A stretch of 64,000 bases of DNA from Acidobacteriota bacterium (GTDB taxonomy: Bacteria; Acidobacteriota; Thermoanaerobaculia; Multivoradales; UBA5704). The translations under genes were made by a program, and so were the position numbers. Positions within the stretch are counted from its first letter, which is position 1; the number at the start of each line of letters is the position of its first letter. The stretch covers positions 97,980-161,979 of the forward strand of contig JAXDKS010000053.1 in NCBI GenBank assembly GCA_034666985.1. The letters are read 5' to 3'. Of this stretch, positions 19,102 to 28,479 are shown in pieces. The notes beneath the pieces were generated by a model. It made no database searches. It was not told where the DNA came from and was given only the letters and a program-made list of their open reading frames with translations.

Positions 19102-19923
19102 TCACCCGAGCCGCTCGCCGCGGAAGCGGGCCTTGAGGCGCCGCCAGGCGTCGTAGACGCCGCCCGCCCCGGCCGTGCCGCCCAGCAGGACGTCGAAGCG
19201 GGAGGGGTCGCGGGCGAGCGACTCGACGGCCAGGGCGTCCAGGGCCGACTCCAGCCGCGTCTCCAGCACCGTCGTCCAGTCCGCGGCGGTGAGGTCGGCC
19301 TCGCCGGCCGGGAGCTCCTCGCCGAAGCGGGCCAGGGCCTCGGGCGTCCGCTCCTCCCAGAACGGGTATTCCAGCGCCAAGGGGAGGAGCACGGACTGCC
19401 GCACTCGGTTGGCCAGATGGCCGATGCCCGACCGCAGCCGCACGGGCCGTACCCGCGGGTCGGTGAGCTGCCCCTCGGCGGCGATCCAGAGGGTGGAATC
19501 CGGCCGCGAGAGCACCTGCTGCGAGACGCTGAGGAAGCGACGGGCTCCGCGCGCGCTGCCGAGCTCGACGCCGAAGAACCCCAGCCGCTCGAAGAAGCTG
19601 TGCTTCTGCAGCGCCGCGGCGTCGATGGGGGCGTAGTGGTTGCGGCCGGGGAAGAACTGCTCCGCCAGACGCAGGCAGATCAGCGGGTCCCACCAGGACG
19701 GGTGATTGAAATAGACGATGAGCGGCTTGCCGCGGATCGCCACCGGATCGGGGCGCTGGGCCTGGGAGAGCCGGAAGGCGTGGAAGCTCTGGGCGACATG
19801 GCGTCCGGCGTAGCGCTCGAACATGGAGAGGAGAAGCGGTGAGATCTCGGGCGCCCGCTTCTCCCCTGGCGCCCCTGGCGCGGCTGATGCGGCGGCTTGT
19901 TCAGGGTCATCGTCGTGCTCCAT
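19102..19923 (-). CDS. Lysophospholipid acyltransferase family protein
   Basis: NHPSWWD (HX4D), AEG motif. Confidence 0.85.
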   Translation of the reverse strand: MEHDDDPEQAAASAAPGAPGEKRAPEISPLLLSMFERYAGRHVAQSFHAFRLSQAQRPDPVAIRGKPLIVYFNHPSWWDPLICLRLAEQFFPGRNHYAPIDAAALQKHSFFERLGFFGVELGSARGARRFLSVSQQVLSRPDSTLWIAAEGQLTDPRVRPVRLRSGIGHLANRVRQSVLLPLALEYPFWEERTPEALARFGEELPAGEADLTAADWTTVLETRLESALDALAVESLARDPSRFDVLLGGTAGAGGVYDAWRRLKARFRGERLG

Positions 19924-20004
19924 GGCGGTCAGTCTACTCCCCGAATCCGGGTGTGATCGATAGCCGATCGGGAATGCAAAAGCTGAACCCGACTCCGCGC
20001 GAAT

Positions 20005-20649
20005 CTACCGCTGTAGCCGCTGGAGCCAGCCCCGCCAGCCGAGATAGAGGTTGGGCGTCTCCAGGCGGGTGAGGGTCCAGCACTTCTCGCCGGGCTCGGT
20101 GACGGGGCGGTGCTGGCTGCCGGGCGCGTAGGAGGCCCAGGCGCCCGTCTCGAAGGCGCCGAACTGGTCTTCGAAGCCGCCGGTCAGGACGAGGATGTCC
20201 TCGGGGCCGACGTGGAGGTGGGCCGGGTAGCCGAGCTCCGGCGGCATGTGGCCGAGGATCAGGGCGCTGCCCGTGAGCCGGTCGCGGAGCAGGACGGCGT
20301 AGCGGGCGGGGTGGGCCGGCATCCGGCGCCAGCGCAGCTCCTTCATTCCGGGCGTCTCGGACAGCTCGCGGCGCGCTCCCTCGGGCAGGGGGAGGCCCGC
20401 GAGGGCGGGGCTCAGGGCCGGCCCCGCCTGCGGCAGGGTGCCGACCCGCGCCCGCAACCGCTCCCAGAGGATGTCCGGCGGGCGGACGGCGGGGAGGCTT
20501 TCGAGCAGAGCGCCGCCGGGCGTGCTGATCTCGGCCACGGCGGCGCGGCAGGCCGCGCAACCGTCGAGATGCCCCTCCACCATCACCCGGTGGGGGAGGT
20601 CGGCCTGGCCGGAGGCCACCGCGACGAGGATCTCTTCCGTGGGGTGCAT
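20005..20649 (-). CDS. ChrR-like anti-sigma factor (ZAS plus cupin)
   Basis: MHP...HLDGCAAC; cupin HLHVGPEDILVLTG...SQHRP. Confidence 0.85.
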   Translation of the reverse strand: MHPTEEILVAVASGQADLPHRVMVEGHLDGCAACRAAVAEISTPGGALLESLPAVRPPDILWERLRARVGTLPQAGPALSPALAGLPLPEGARRELSETPGMKELRWRRMPAHPARYAVLLRDRLTGSALILGHMPPELGYPAHLHVGPEDILVLTGGFEDQFGAFETGAWASYAPGSQHRPVTEPGEKCWTLTRLETPNLYLGWRGWLQRLQR

Positions 20650-20650
20650 G

Positions 20651-21262
20651 TCAGTGTCCCTCCAGCACGGTGCGGAGGGTCTTCAGCCCGGAGCGGATGC
20701 GCGACTTGAGGGTTCCCAGCGGGACCTCCAGGCGCTGCGCCGTCTCCTCATAGGTGAGCCCGCCGAAGTAGGCCATCTCGATCGCCCTCCGCTGCTCCGG
20801 CGCCACGCGGGCCAGTGCCTGATGCATGGTCAGCCGCAGCTCGCCCTGCTCCTGCGCGGGGTCCACCGCCTCCTCGAGCTCGCACAGCGTCCCCGCGTCC
20901 CCCTGCCGGCGCCACAGGTCCACCAGCTTGTTGCGCGTGATGGTGTACAGCCAGCCTGCGGGATCGCCGCGATCGGGCCGGAAGCTGGACGCCCGCCGCC
21001 ACACCGCCACGAAGACCTCCTGCACCACGTCCTCCGCCCCCTCCCGGTTGCGGCCGAGCTGCCGCACATAGGCCAGCACCCGGCCGGCGTAGCGGCCGTA
21101 GAAGGTGTGGAACGCCTCCAGGTCCCCCTCCGCGATGCGGGCGAGGAGGAGGAAATCGCTGGGGGCCGGCGGGGCTCCTGGCGGCAAGCGCGTGGTCTCC
21201 GGTACGGAATATACGCCAACCGGCCGGAGAGGGCGAAGGTGGATGGGCGTGGCGAGCTGCAC
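20651..21262 (-). CDS. ECF sigma-70 factor (cognate of the ChrR-like protein)
   Basis: AEDVVQEVF...WLYTITRNKLVD; GLTYEETA...PLGTLKSRIRSGL; start uncertain. Confidence 0.9.
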   Translation of the reverse strand: MQLATPIHLRPLRPVGVYSVPETTRLPPGAPPAPSDFLLLARIAEGDLEAFHTFYGRYAGRVLAYVRQLGRNREGAEDVVQEVFVAVWRRASSFRPDRGDPAGWLYTITRNKLVDLWRRQGDAGTLCELEEAVDPAQEQGELRLTMHQALARVAPEQRRAIEMAYFGGLTYEETAQRLEVPLGTLKSRIRSGLKTLRTVLEGH

Positions 21263-21485
21263 GTCCTACCCTACGCAGGAATCCGGAATCTGGATGATGG
21301 AGCCAGGCGAATCCATAGATTCCCGTTCAGGCGGTTTTCTTTCCCGCTGAGCGTCGAAAGTTGTCTCACGATGGACCGCAGGCGGCAACAACACGTCTCA
21401 GGAGGCAATCGGTAAGGCTGGGTAAATTCCTGAAGGAAAAGGACTTATGTTGATGACCGGGGCTGGCTCCGGATAGATTCCGGTG

Positions 21486-21992
21486 GTGGCCATGTTCGAG
21501 CTCATCGGAGAGACCCTCCGCCGCCTGCGCCGGGAGCGGGGCCTGACCCTGGAGGAGCTCGGGCAACGCGCCGAGCTGGGCCGCGGCCAGCTCTCGCGCA
21601 TCGAGAACAACAAGCAGGAGGCCACGCTCTCGACGCTGGCCAAGATCCTGGCCTGCCAGGGCGTGAGCCGGCGCGAGTTCTTCCGCCGCTACGAGCTGGT
21701 GGAGTCCGAGACCCAAGCCGTGCAGCGCGAGAAGGGCGGCACCCCCGCCGGCAAGCCGCAGGAGGTCCAGGACGTGCTCGGGTCTTTCCTCCAGTCGACC
21801 CTCAACCCGGTGGGCACGGTGGCCCAGGGCGCCATCGAGGTCGGCGATCTCGTGGTGCTCTTCCGGGTGGTCCCGCGCTCCGCCGCCCCGCTGGAGACCG
21901 CGCCTCCGCCTCCATCTCCGAATGCCGGCGAGGAGAAGCCGCCACGGCCGGGCCGCCCGTCCGGCTCCGGCCCCCGCAGGCGCAAGCGCTGA
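21486..21992 (+). CDS. XRE-family HTH regulator
   Basis: LRRLRRERGLTLEELG...QLSRIENNK. Confidence 0.85.
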   Translation: MAMFELIGETLRRLRRERGLTLEELGQRAELGRGQLSRIENNKQEATLSTLAKILACQGVSRREFFRRYELVESETQAVQREKGGTPAGKPQEVQDVLGSFLQSTLNPVGTVAQGAIEVGDLVVLFRVVPRSAAPLETAPPPPSPNAGEEKPPRPGRPSGSGPRRRKR

Positions 21993-22175
21993 TCGACGCT
22001 TCTCGCGTATCCGGTCGCGGCTCCACAGTTCCCAGAAACAAGAACACAGACCGGCTCCGCGTATTCCGATCGCGCTATTTGTAGCCACATACGGCAATTA
22101 TAGGCCGACGCTAAGTTCCCTGCTTTCAGAGATTTGCGCTTGATTTGGGTGGCGTGGAGCCGATACATTTCCTTT

Positions 22176-22646
22176 ATGGGCATGTTCGCGAACCTGGGTC
22201 GTACCCTCAGTCTGCTGCGTGAGCTCCGGGGCAAGAGTCAGGCCCGGGTGGCCCGCGAGGCCGGAATCGGCAAGAGCCAGCTTTCCAAATACGAGAACGG
22301 CAAGGAGCTGCCGAAGCTCGACTCCCTGGAGAAGGTCCTCAATGCTCTGAAGGTGGGCTACTTCGAGTTCTTCTACACGCTGTACCTGGTCGATCGCCGC
22401 GCCGCCGAGCTGGAACGCGCGGACGCCGCGGACGGCGACGAGGACACGGAGGCCGAAACGGGCAGCTCCGAAGCTCCCCTCTACCTGCCGCCCCTGGTCA
22501 AGGGCGAGAGCGTGCTCGCCGAGAGCACCGATCAGGCTTTCCGGCAGGTGTTCACCGACCTTTTACTGCTCTACCGGCGGGTCTTCGAGCAGGTGGTCCT
22601 GGCCGCCGCCGAGCCCGGGCCGGAGGACCTCGAGCCCTCCGTCTGA
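22176..22646 (+). CDS. XRE-family HTH regulator
   Basis: LRELRGKSQARVAREAGIGKSQLSKYENGKELP. Confidence 0.85.
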   Translation: MGMFANLGRTLSLLRELRGKSQARVAREAGIGKSQLSKYENGKELPKLDSLEKVLNALKVGYFEFFYTLYLVDRRAAELERADAADGDEDTEAETGSSEAPLYLPPLVKGESVLAESTDQAFRQVFTDLLLLYRRVFEQVVLAAAEPGPEDLEPSV

Positions 22647-22840
22647 CCTCCCCGCTTGACCTCGCATAGTAAGTGCTGCAGAGCGGCCTCGAGGTGAGCG
22701 ACATCGTGAACATGACGGCGCTCTGCGTGGTCGATGCGCAGGAGCTGGAGGGCTGACCGGCTGAGAGACGGATAGCCCTGGAGCGTTGATCCGGGGTAAA
22801 CTAGAAGGCAGCCCGATTTTTCCTCAAGGAGGTTTTGACC

Positions 22841-23446
22841 ATGAAGCGCGCTTCCATTCTCGCCCTCTGCGGCGTCGCCCTGCTGGCCATGGTGGTCGCC
22901 CCGACCCTGTCCAGCGCGGGGGACAAGCCCCGCATCGCCGTCCTCGAGTTCAAGAACAAGGCCGACAACCAGTGGTGGGGTCACGGCGGCGCCGAAGCGG
23001 CGCAGGACGTGTTCGTCACCGAGCTGGTCAAGAGCGGCAAGTTCACCGTCGTCGACCGCGAGCGGCTCGACGCGATGATGCAGGAGAAGGGTCTCCAGCA
23101 GTCCGGGGACATCGACCCCAAGACGGCCATCAAGCTGGGCAAGCTCCTGGGCCTCAACTACGTGCTGGCCGGTGCCGTCACCGAGTACGGCAACACCGAC
23201 GTCGGCGGCGGCGGTGGCGGCGTCTTCGCAGGCAAGCGCAAGTTCGTCGCGGCGTTGAACGCCCGGCTGATCAACGCCAGCACCGGCGAGGTGGTCTGGG
23301 CTGACGAGGCGAGCCAGGAGGAGTCCAGCATCAAGGTGTCGGTCTTCGGCGTCGGCGGCGGCGTGGACGACAGCCGGATGTTCGACAAGGTGATGAAGCC
23401 TTGCATCCAGAAGCTGGTCGCGAGCCTCAAGGCCGCCGACCTGTAG
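22841..23446 (+). CDS. CsgG/HfaB-family exported protein
   Basis: Signal peptide, RIAVLEF, LVKSGKFTVVDRERLD, GAVTEYG; AAGGAGG RBS. Confidence 0.82.
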   Translation: MKRASILALCGVALLAMVVAPTLSSAGDKPRIAVLEFKNKADNQWWGHGGAEAAQDVFVTELVKSGKFTVVDRERLDAMMQEKGLQQSGDIDPKTAIKLGKLLGLNYVLAGAVTEYGNTDVGGGGGGVFAGKRKFVAALNARLINASTGEVVWADEASQEESSIKVSVFGVGGGVDDSRMFDKVMKPCIQKLVASLKAADL

Positions 23447-23479
23447 TCGCCCCCCCGGATATACTCCCTGCCTGAAAGA

Positions 23480-23507
23480 AAAAGGCCCGGCGTGCGCCGG
23501 GCCTTTT
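23480..23507. terminator. Bidirectional intrinsic terminator
   Basis: AAAAGGCCCGGCG-tg-CGCCGGGCCTTTT between convergent genes. Confidence 0.85.
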
Positions 23508-23536
23508 CCTTTCCTGAACCTCCCTGAAAGGATCGG

Positions 23537-25516
23537 CTACCGCACCGGCGGATTGAAGTTCACCCGCAGGGTCATCCACATCTTGACCCGCACGCCGTCC
23601 TTGGTGGCGGGCTGGAAAATCGCCCGCTTGGCGGCGTCGAGGGCAGCCTCGTCGAAGCCGAAGCCGGCCTTGGAGCCGAGCCGCTCGGCGTCCATCACCC
23701 GGCCGCGCTCGTCGACCAGCACCTTGATGTCCACCTGCGCCGCCCGGTTCAGGCGCTGGGCCGCGGGCGGATAGCGCGGATCGAGCTGGCTCTGGAGCTT
23801 CGGGGAGGCCACGCCGGGCCCGGGCTGCACCAGGTCGCCCACCTGCACCTGCGACGGCCGGGGTGCTGGCGCCGGGACCGCGGGAGCCGGGTTCACCGGA
23901 GCCGGCGCGGGGGTCGTCGCCGGCCGCTCGGTCTTCTCGCCAGGCGTCTGCTGCGCGGTCGTGGGCTGCGGCGCGGGCACGGCGGGCTTCTCCTGCGCCG
24001 GCGCGGGCGGCTCGACGTGGGGAGCGGGACGGGTCTCGACGGGAGGCGCGGTCGTCGGCGCCGCCGCCTGCTGGTTGGCCTTGCGAGTCTCCTCGAGCTG
24101 GGTCTGGAGCTGCTTGATGCGGTCGTCGTACTGATTCTTGAACTTCGCCTCCATCTCCTTGCTGCGGGCCTCGAACATCTGCTGGATCTGGGCCTGGAGC
24201 TGGTCTTCGGAGGTGGAGGTCCCGGTGGCCGGCACGGCGGGCACCGGGGTCGTACCCGGCATGGCCGCCGGCTGGGGCGTGGGGGCGGCGGCGGGCACCG
24301 GCCCCGTCGCTACGGCGTCGCTCGCCGGGCGCCCGAAGAGGAAGTAGCCGGCGCCACCCAGCACGGCGAGGGCCAGCACGGCGGCGATGCCGATCCACAG
24401 CCCCTTCCGGGAGGGCTCGGGTTGGCGGGCGGACTGCGAGCGGGTGCCCGATTGGGTTCCCGACAAGGTGCCCGAGAGCGTGCCCTCGCGCACCCCGGTG
24501 CCCTCCCGCAGCGGCGTGGGCGCCGCCATGGGAACGGGCGCGGGCGCCGGCTGCCGCTTGGGCAGCTCGAGCCTCTTCTCCGCCTGCATCTCCTGGCTCT
24601 CCCGCTCGATGTCGTCGCGGAAGAGGTTGTGCATGAAGAAGGCGAGGTTGAAGGTGGTGGGGCTGAAGTGGCCGTCGATCATCAGCTTCGACAGCGTCTT
24701 GTGCCAGGTCACGGCGTCGGCGATCCGCTGCTCGCGGGCCACCAGGCTCTTCTTGAGCAGGGCGGCGACGGGGGCGGGCAGCGGCGTCCCCTCGTTGGGC
24801 AGCTCGGCGCCGTCGATCAGGGCGCCATAGCCCTCCGCCGGAGCGGCGGCGCCGGCGGGGAGCCGCTCGCCGGTGAGCAGCTCGAAGAGCAGGGTGCCCA
24901 GGGAGTAGACGTCGTCGGCGCGGGTCGGCGCCGCCCCGGCCAGCACCTCGGGGGCGAGGTAGGGGCGCAGGCCTTCCTCCTGCCAGCCGGCGGCCGCCAG
25001 CTCGCGCAGCCCCGGCGCCACCTCGAAGCCCAGCAGGCGCGTCTCGCCCTCGTTGGAGATCATCACGAGCTGCGGCACCACGAAGCCGTGCGTCACCCGC
25101 TCGTCCTGCAGGCGGCTCTCGAAGGCGGCGGCGAGGGCCAGGGAGATGCGCTCGGCGATGAGCAGCGCGTGGTCGGTGGGCACCGGGGAGCGCTGGCGGG
25201 CGGACTGGGCGAAGACGGCCGCCAGACTCTTGCCCGAGATGTAGTCGTAGGCCGCGTAGGGAAAGCTGCGGACGCGGCCGAGGTCGACGCCATTGCCGAT
25301 ATTGGGACTCTTCAGGATCTCCTGCACGCCGGCCCGCCCCGACGCCCGGGCCCACAGCTTCTCGCCGTCGAGCCCCTTGCCGTTGAAGACGCGGAGCAGG
25401 ACCACCTGGTCCATGCCTTCCTGGCCGACCCTGCCGGCGCGGAACGTCTCTCCGAGCGGATCCTCCGCCAGCTTCTTGAGAAGCAGATACTTCCCAAACT
25501 CCTCCGGGATGTTCAT
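23537..25516 (-). CDS. Ser/Thr kinase-like (pseudokinase) - TM - Pro-rich - TonB C-terminal fusion
   Basis: FGKYLLLKKL, YLAPE, DDVYSLG kinase-fold remnants; one TM; YPPAAQR...VLVDERGRV...FDEAALDA TonB_C. Confidence 0.8.
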   Translation of the reverse strand: MNIPEEFGKYLLLKKLAEDPLGETFRAGRVGQEGMDQVVLLRVFNGKGLDGEKLWARASGRAGVQEILKSPNIGNGVDLGRVRSFPYAAYDYISGKSLAAVFAQSARQRSPVPTDHALLIAERISLALAAAFESRLQDERVTHGFVVPQLVMISNEGETRLLGFEVAPGLRELAAAGWQEEGLRPYLAPEVLAGAAPTRADDVYSLGTLLFELLTGERLPAGAAAPAEGYGALIDGAELPNEGTPLPAPVAALLKKSLVAREQRIADAVTWHKTLSKLMIDGHFSPTTFNLAFFMHNLFRDDIERESQEMQAEKRLELPKRQPAPAPVPMAAPTPLREGTGVREGTLSGTLSGTQSGTRSQSARQPEPSRKGLWIGIAAVLALAVLGGAGYFLFGRPASDAVATGPVPAAAPTPQPAAMPGTTPVPAVPATGTSTSEDQLQAQIQQMFEARSKEMEAKFKNQYDDRIKQLQTQLEETRKANQQAAAPTTAPPVETRPAPHVEPPAPAQEKPAVPAPQPTTAQQTPGEKTERPATTPAPAPVNPAPAVPAPAPRPSQVQVGDLVQPGPGVASPKLQSQLDPRYPPAAQRLNRAAQVDIKVLVDERGRVMDAERLGSKAGFGFDEAALDAAKRAIFQPATKDGVRVKMWMTLRVNFNPPVR

Positions 25517-25645
25517 CAGACGCCTCCTGTGGGTCCGGCGCGCCGCCATCGGCGGCTATCTCACTCGAAGGGACGGCGCGGCTGCTGTTTGTCGACTCTA
25601 GCTAACCGTCTTGATACACCAGTGGGTCGGCAACTGTCAATCAAA

Positions 25646-26749
25646 TTAGCGGCCGGCCCGGCGATCCCGCCAATACTGTCGTTGCCAGATCTCGACGTTG
25701 CGGTTGTGCTCGGCGAGGGTCTCGGCGAAGACGTGGGTGCCGTCGTTGCGGCCCACGAAGTAGAGGTAGGGGACGTCCGCCGGCGCCGCGGCGCCTACGA
25801 GGCTGGCGAGGCCTGGCGAGCAGATGGGCCCGGGAGGGAGGCCGGCCCAGCGGTAGGTGTTGTAGGGCGAATCCATCCGCAGGTCCTCGCGCGTCAGGTT
25901 GCCATTCCACCGGCCCAGCTTCTTGAGGGCGTAGATGACGGTGGGGTCCGCCGCCAGGCCGATCTTCTTGTCCAGGCGGTTCTGGTAGACGGCGGCGATG
26001 AGCGGCCGCTCGCCGCTCATCTTGGCCTCCTTCTCGACGATGCTGGCGAGCGTCACCACCTGGCGCACGCTGCGTCCTGGGGGGCCCTGGGCGAGCCGCG
26101 GCCGGACGCTCCTGTCGAAGCGGCGGCGGAAGGTGCGCACCAGGGTTTCGACGATCTCCCGCTCGCCGGTGCCGGAGGCGAAGCTGTAAGTCTCCGGGAA
26201 GAGGTAGCCCTCGAGGTCGGGAGCGTCCGGATCGAGGTCGGCGATGAGCCGCGGCGAGCGCATCAGGTCCAGGAAGACCTCGCGCCGGCCGAACCCTTCC
26301 CGCGCGAGCTGGTCGGCGGTCTCCTCCAGGGTCATCCCTTCGACCAGGGTGAAGCTGTGGGTGAGGGTCTGGCCGCGCACCAGCATGCGCAGCACCTGGG
26401 CGGTGGTCAGGGGGCCGCGGAACAGGTAGTCGCCGGCCTGCATCTTCGGGTCTCGCATGTAATAGATGAGATAGGAGCGGGCCAGCTTCGCGTCGGCCAG
26501 CACCCCATCGCGTTCGAGGATCTGGAGGATCTGGCTGGCGGGCGTCCCCGGCGCGATCGTCACCTGCCGCTCCGGCCCTGGGTAGCCCTTGTAGGGGCGC
26601 TGCAGCTTCCACCACGACCAGGCCACCATCCCGGCCGGCACCAGCAGCAGCAGCAGCAGGACGCCGAGGCCTACGGCCACCCGCCGGAAGCCCCCTCCCT
26701 TCTTGCCGCGGGATCGCCCGCCGCCGGACTGCTGTCTGCCTCGCGCCAA
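25646..26749 (-). CDS. mltG: Endolytic transglycosylase MltG
   Basis: LEGYLFPETY, LASIVEKE, SPYNTY, GLPPGPI. Confidence 0.95.
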   Translation of the reverse strand: MARGRQQSGGGRSRGKKGGGFRRVAVGLGVLLLLLLVPAGMVAWSWWKLQRPYKGYPGPERQVTIAPGTPASQILQILERDGVLADAKLARSYLIYYMRDPKMQAGDYLFRGPLTTAQVLRMLVRGQTLTHSFTLVEGMTLEETADQLAREGFGRREVFLDLMRSPRLIADLDPDAPDLEGYLFPETYSFASGTGEREIVETLVRTFRRRFDRSVRPRLAQGPPGRSVRQVVTLASIVEKEAKMSGERPLIAAVYQNRLDKKIGLAADPTVIYALKKLGRWNGNLTREDLRMDSPYNTYRWAGLPPGPICSPGLASLVGAAAPADVPYLYFVGRNDGTHVFAETLAEHNRNVEIWQRQYWRDRRAGR

Positions 26750-26760
26750 ATCTCCCTCCT

Positions 26761-27171
26761 CTACGGATTACGGTCCAGGGCGTCCTGGAGCAGGATCTGA
26801 GCCGCCAGGGCGTCGAGCCGCTCCGGCTGCCGGCGGGGATCGATCCCGGCCTGGCGCAGCCGCTCGGCGGCCTCGACGGTGGTCAGCGCCTCGTCGATCC
26901 GCTCCAGCGGCAGCCCGGTGACCTCGGCGAGCTTGCGGCCGAAGCGCTCGACCCGCTCGGCGGCCGCTCCCCGTTCGCCGTCGAGGCCCACCGGCTCGCC
27001 CAGCACCAGCCGCTCGACCCCCTCGCGGCGGGCGATCTCCGCGATCTGCCGCACGGCCGAGCGGTCGTTGCGGCGCTCCAGGGTGGCGAGCGGCACGGCG
27101 ACCCGGCCGGCCGGGTCCGAGATGGCCAGGCCGATCCTTTTCTCGCCGAAGTCGATGCCCAGGGATCGCAT
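26761..27171 (-). CDS. ruvX: RuvX/YqgF nuclease
   Basis: LGIDFGEKRIGLAISD, DEALTT, DALAAQILLQ. Confidence 0.93.
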   Translation of the reverse strand: MRSLGIDFGEKRIGLAISDPAGRVAVPLATLERRNDRSAVRQIAEIARREGVERLVLGEPVGLDGERGAAAERVERFGRKLAEVTGLPLERIDEALTTVEAAERLRQAGIDPRRQPERLDALAAQILLQDALDRNP

Positions 27172-27287
27172 GGCCGCAGTCCGCCTCGGCGCATTGTACT
27201 CGTTGTCGTGTGCTAGCATCCCCGGGCCTGTCCGCCGGCCGCGCGGGCGGCCTCAGCTCCCCCCAAGACGGCTTCACAGGAGAGGTC

Positions 27288-28469
27288 ATGGACGACGTCG
27301 TAATCTTGAGCGCGGTGCGCACGCCGATCGGAACCTTCCAGGGTGCGCTCTCGGGCCTTCCGGCGCACGCCCTCGGGGCGCGCGCCATTGCCGCCGCCAT
27401 CGAGCGGGCGGCTCTCACCCCTCAGGACGTCCAGCAGGTCAACATGGGTTGCGTGCTCACCGCTGGCCAGGGGCAGGCCCCGGCCCGCCAGGCGGCTCTC
27501 GGCGCCGGCTGCCCGGTCGCGACCGGCGCCATCACCCTCAACAAGGTCTGCGGCTCGGGCATGCGGGCGGCGATGATCGCCGCCAACGACCTGCGCTGTG
27601 GCGACTATAAATACGTGGTGGCCGGGGGCATGGAGAGCATGAGCCAGACCCCCTACCTGGCCGCCGGCGCCCGCGATGGGCTGCGGCTGGGCCACGGCAA
27701 GCTCCTCGACTCGCTGATCCACGATGGCCTGTGGGACCCCTACAACGACCTCCACATGGGCAGTTGCGCCGAGACCTGCGCCGTGGATTATCAATTCGGC
27801 CGCGAGGAGCAGGACGCCTACTCGGTGGAGAGCTACCGCCGCTCCCGCGAGGCCACCGAGAAGGGGCTGTTCGCCGAGGAGATCGTCCCTGTCCAGATCC
27901 CCCAGAAGAAGGGCGGCCCGGTGGCGGTGGACCGCGACGAGGAGCCGTTCAAGTCCGACCTGTCGCGCATCGGCTCGCTGCGCCCGGCCTTCCAGAAGGA
28001 CGGCACCGTCACCGCCGGCAACGCCAGCAAGATCAACGACGGCGCCGCCGCTCTGGTGCTCACCACCGCCGCCGAGGCCGCGCGCCGGGGCCTGAAGCCC
28101 CTCGCCCGCATCATCGCCCACTCCTCGATCGCCCAGAAGCCGGAGCAGTTCACCACCGCGCCGGGCGGCGCCGTGCGGGCGGTGCTGGAGCGGGCCGGCC
28201 TCAAGGCCGCCGACGTCGACCTGTGGGAGGTCAACGAGGCCTTCGCCGTGGTGGCCATGGCCTTCCTGCGCGACCTCGAGCTGTCCGCCGACCGGGTCAA
28301 CGTCCGCGGCGGCGCCGTCTCGCTCGGGCACCCCATCGGCGCCTCGGGAGCGCGCATCCTGGTCACCCTGCTGCACGCTCTGCGCGAGCGCGGCGGCCGT
28401 CTCGGCTGCGCCGCCATCTGCATCGGCGGCGGCGAGGCTACCGCGATGATCGTCGAGCGGATAGACTAG
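27288..28469 (+). CDS. Acetyl-CoA C-acetyltransferase (thiolase)
   Basis: NKVCGSG, NEAFA, GHPIGASG, CIGGG. Confidence 0.95.
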   Translation: MDDVVILSAVRTPIGTFQGALSGLPAHALGARAIAAAIERAALTPQDVQQVNMGCVLTAGQGQAPARQAALGAGCPVATGAITLNKVCGSGMRAAMIAANDLRCGDYKYVVAGGMESMSQTPYLAAGARDGLRLGHGKLLDSLIHDGLWDPYNDLHMGSCAETCAVDYQFGREEQDAYSVESYRRSREATEKGLFAEEIVPVQIPQKKGGPVAVDRDEEPFKSDLSRIGSLRPAFQKDGTVTAGNASKINDGAAALVLTTAAEAARRGLKPLARIIAHSSIAQKPEQFTTAPGGAVRAVLERAGLKAADVDLWEVNEAFAVVAMAFLRDLELSADRVNVRGGAVSLGHPIGASGARILVTLLHALRERGGRLGCAAICIGGGEATAMIVERID

Positions 28470-28479
28470 CCGCCGCCTC

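Noticed and set aside
21486-22646. Prophage immunity region
   Set aside because: The XRE genes are co-directional, with no integrase, replication or structural phage genes nearby
22841-23446. Curli secretion system
   Set aside because: Only a CsgG-like domain protein is present; no csgA/B/E/F in the window
25455-25470. DPLG tetrapeptide in the pseudokinase N-terminus matching the pro-peptide end
   Set aside because: A 4-residue match built from GC-rich codons is expected by chance, and the structural context differs
24017-26800. Long antisense or alternative-frame ORFs (e.g. 927 aa here, 35634-38537, 53706-56258, 30830-32872)
   Set aside because: Shadow ORFs typical of high-GC DNA; they overlap well-supported genes and lack motifs
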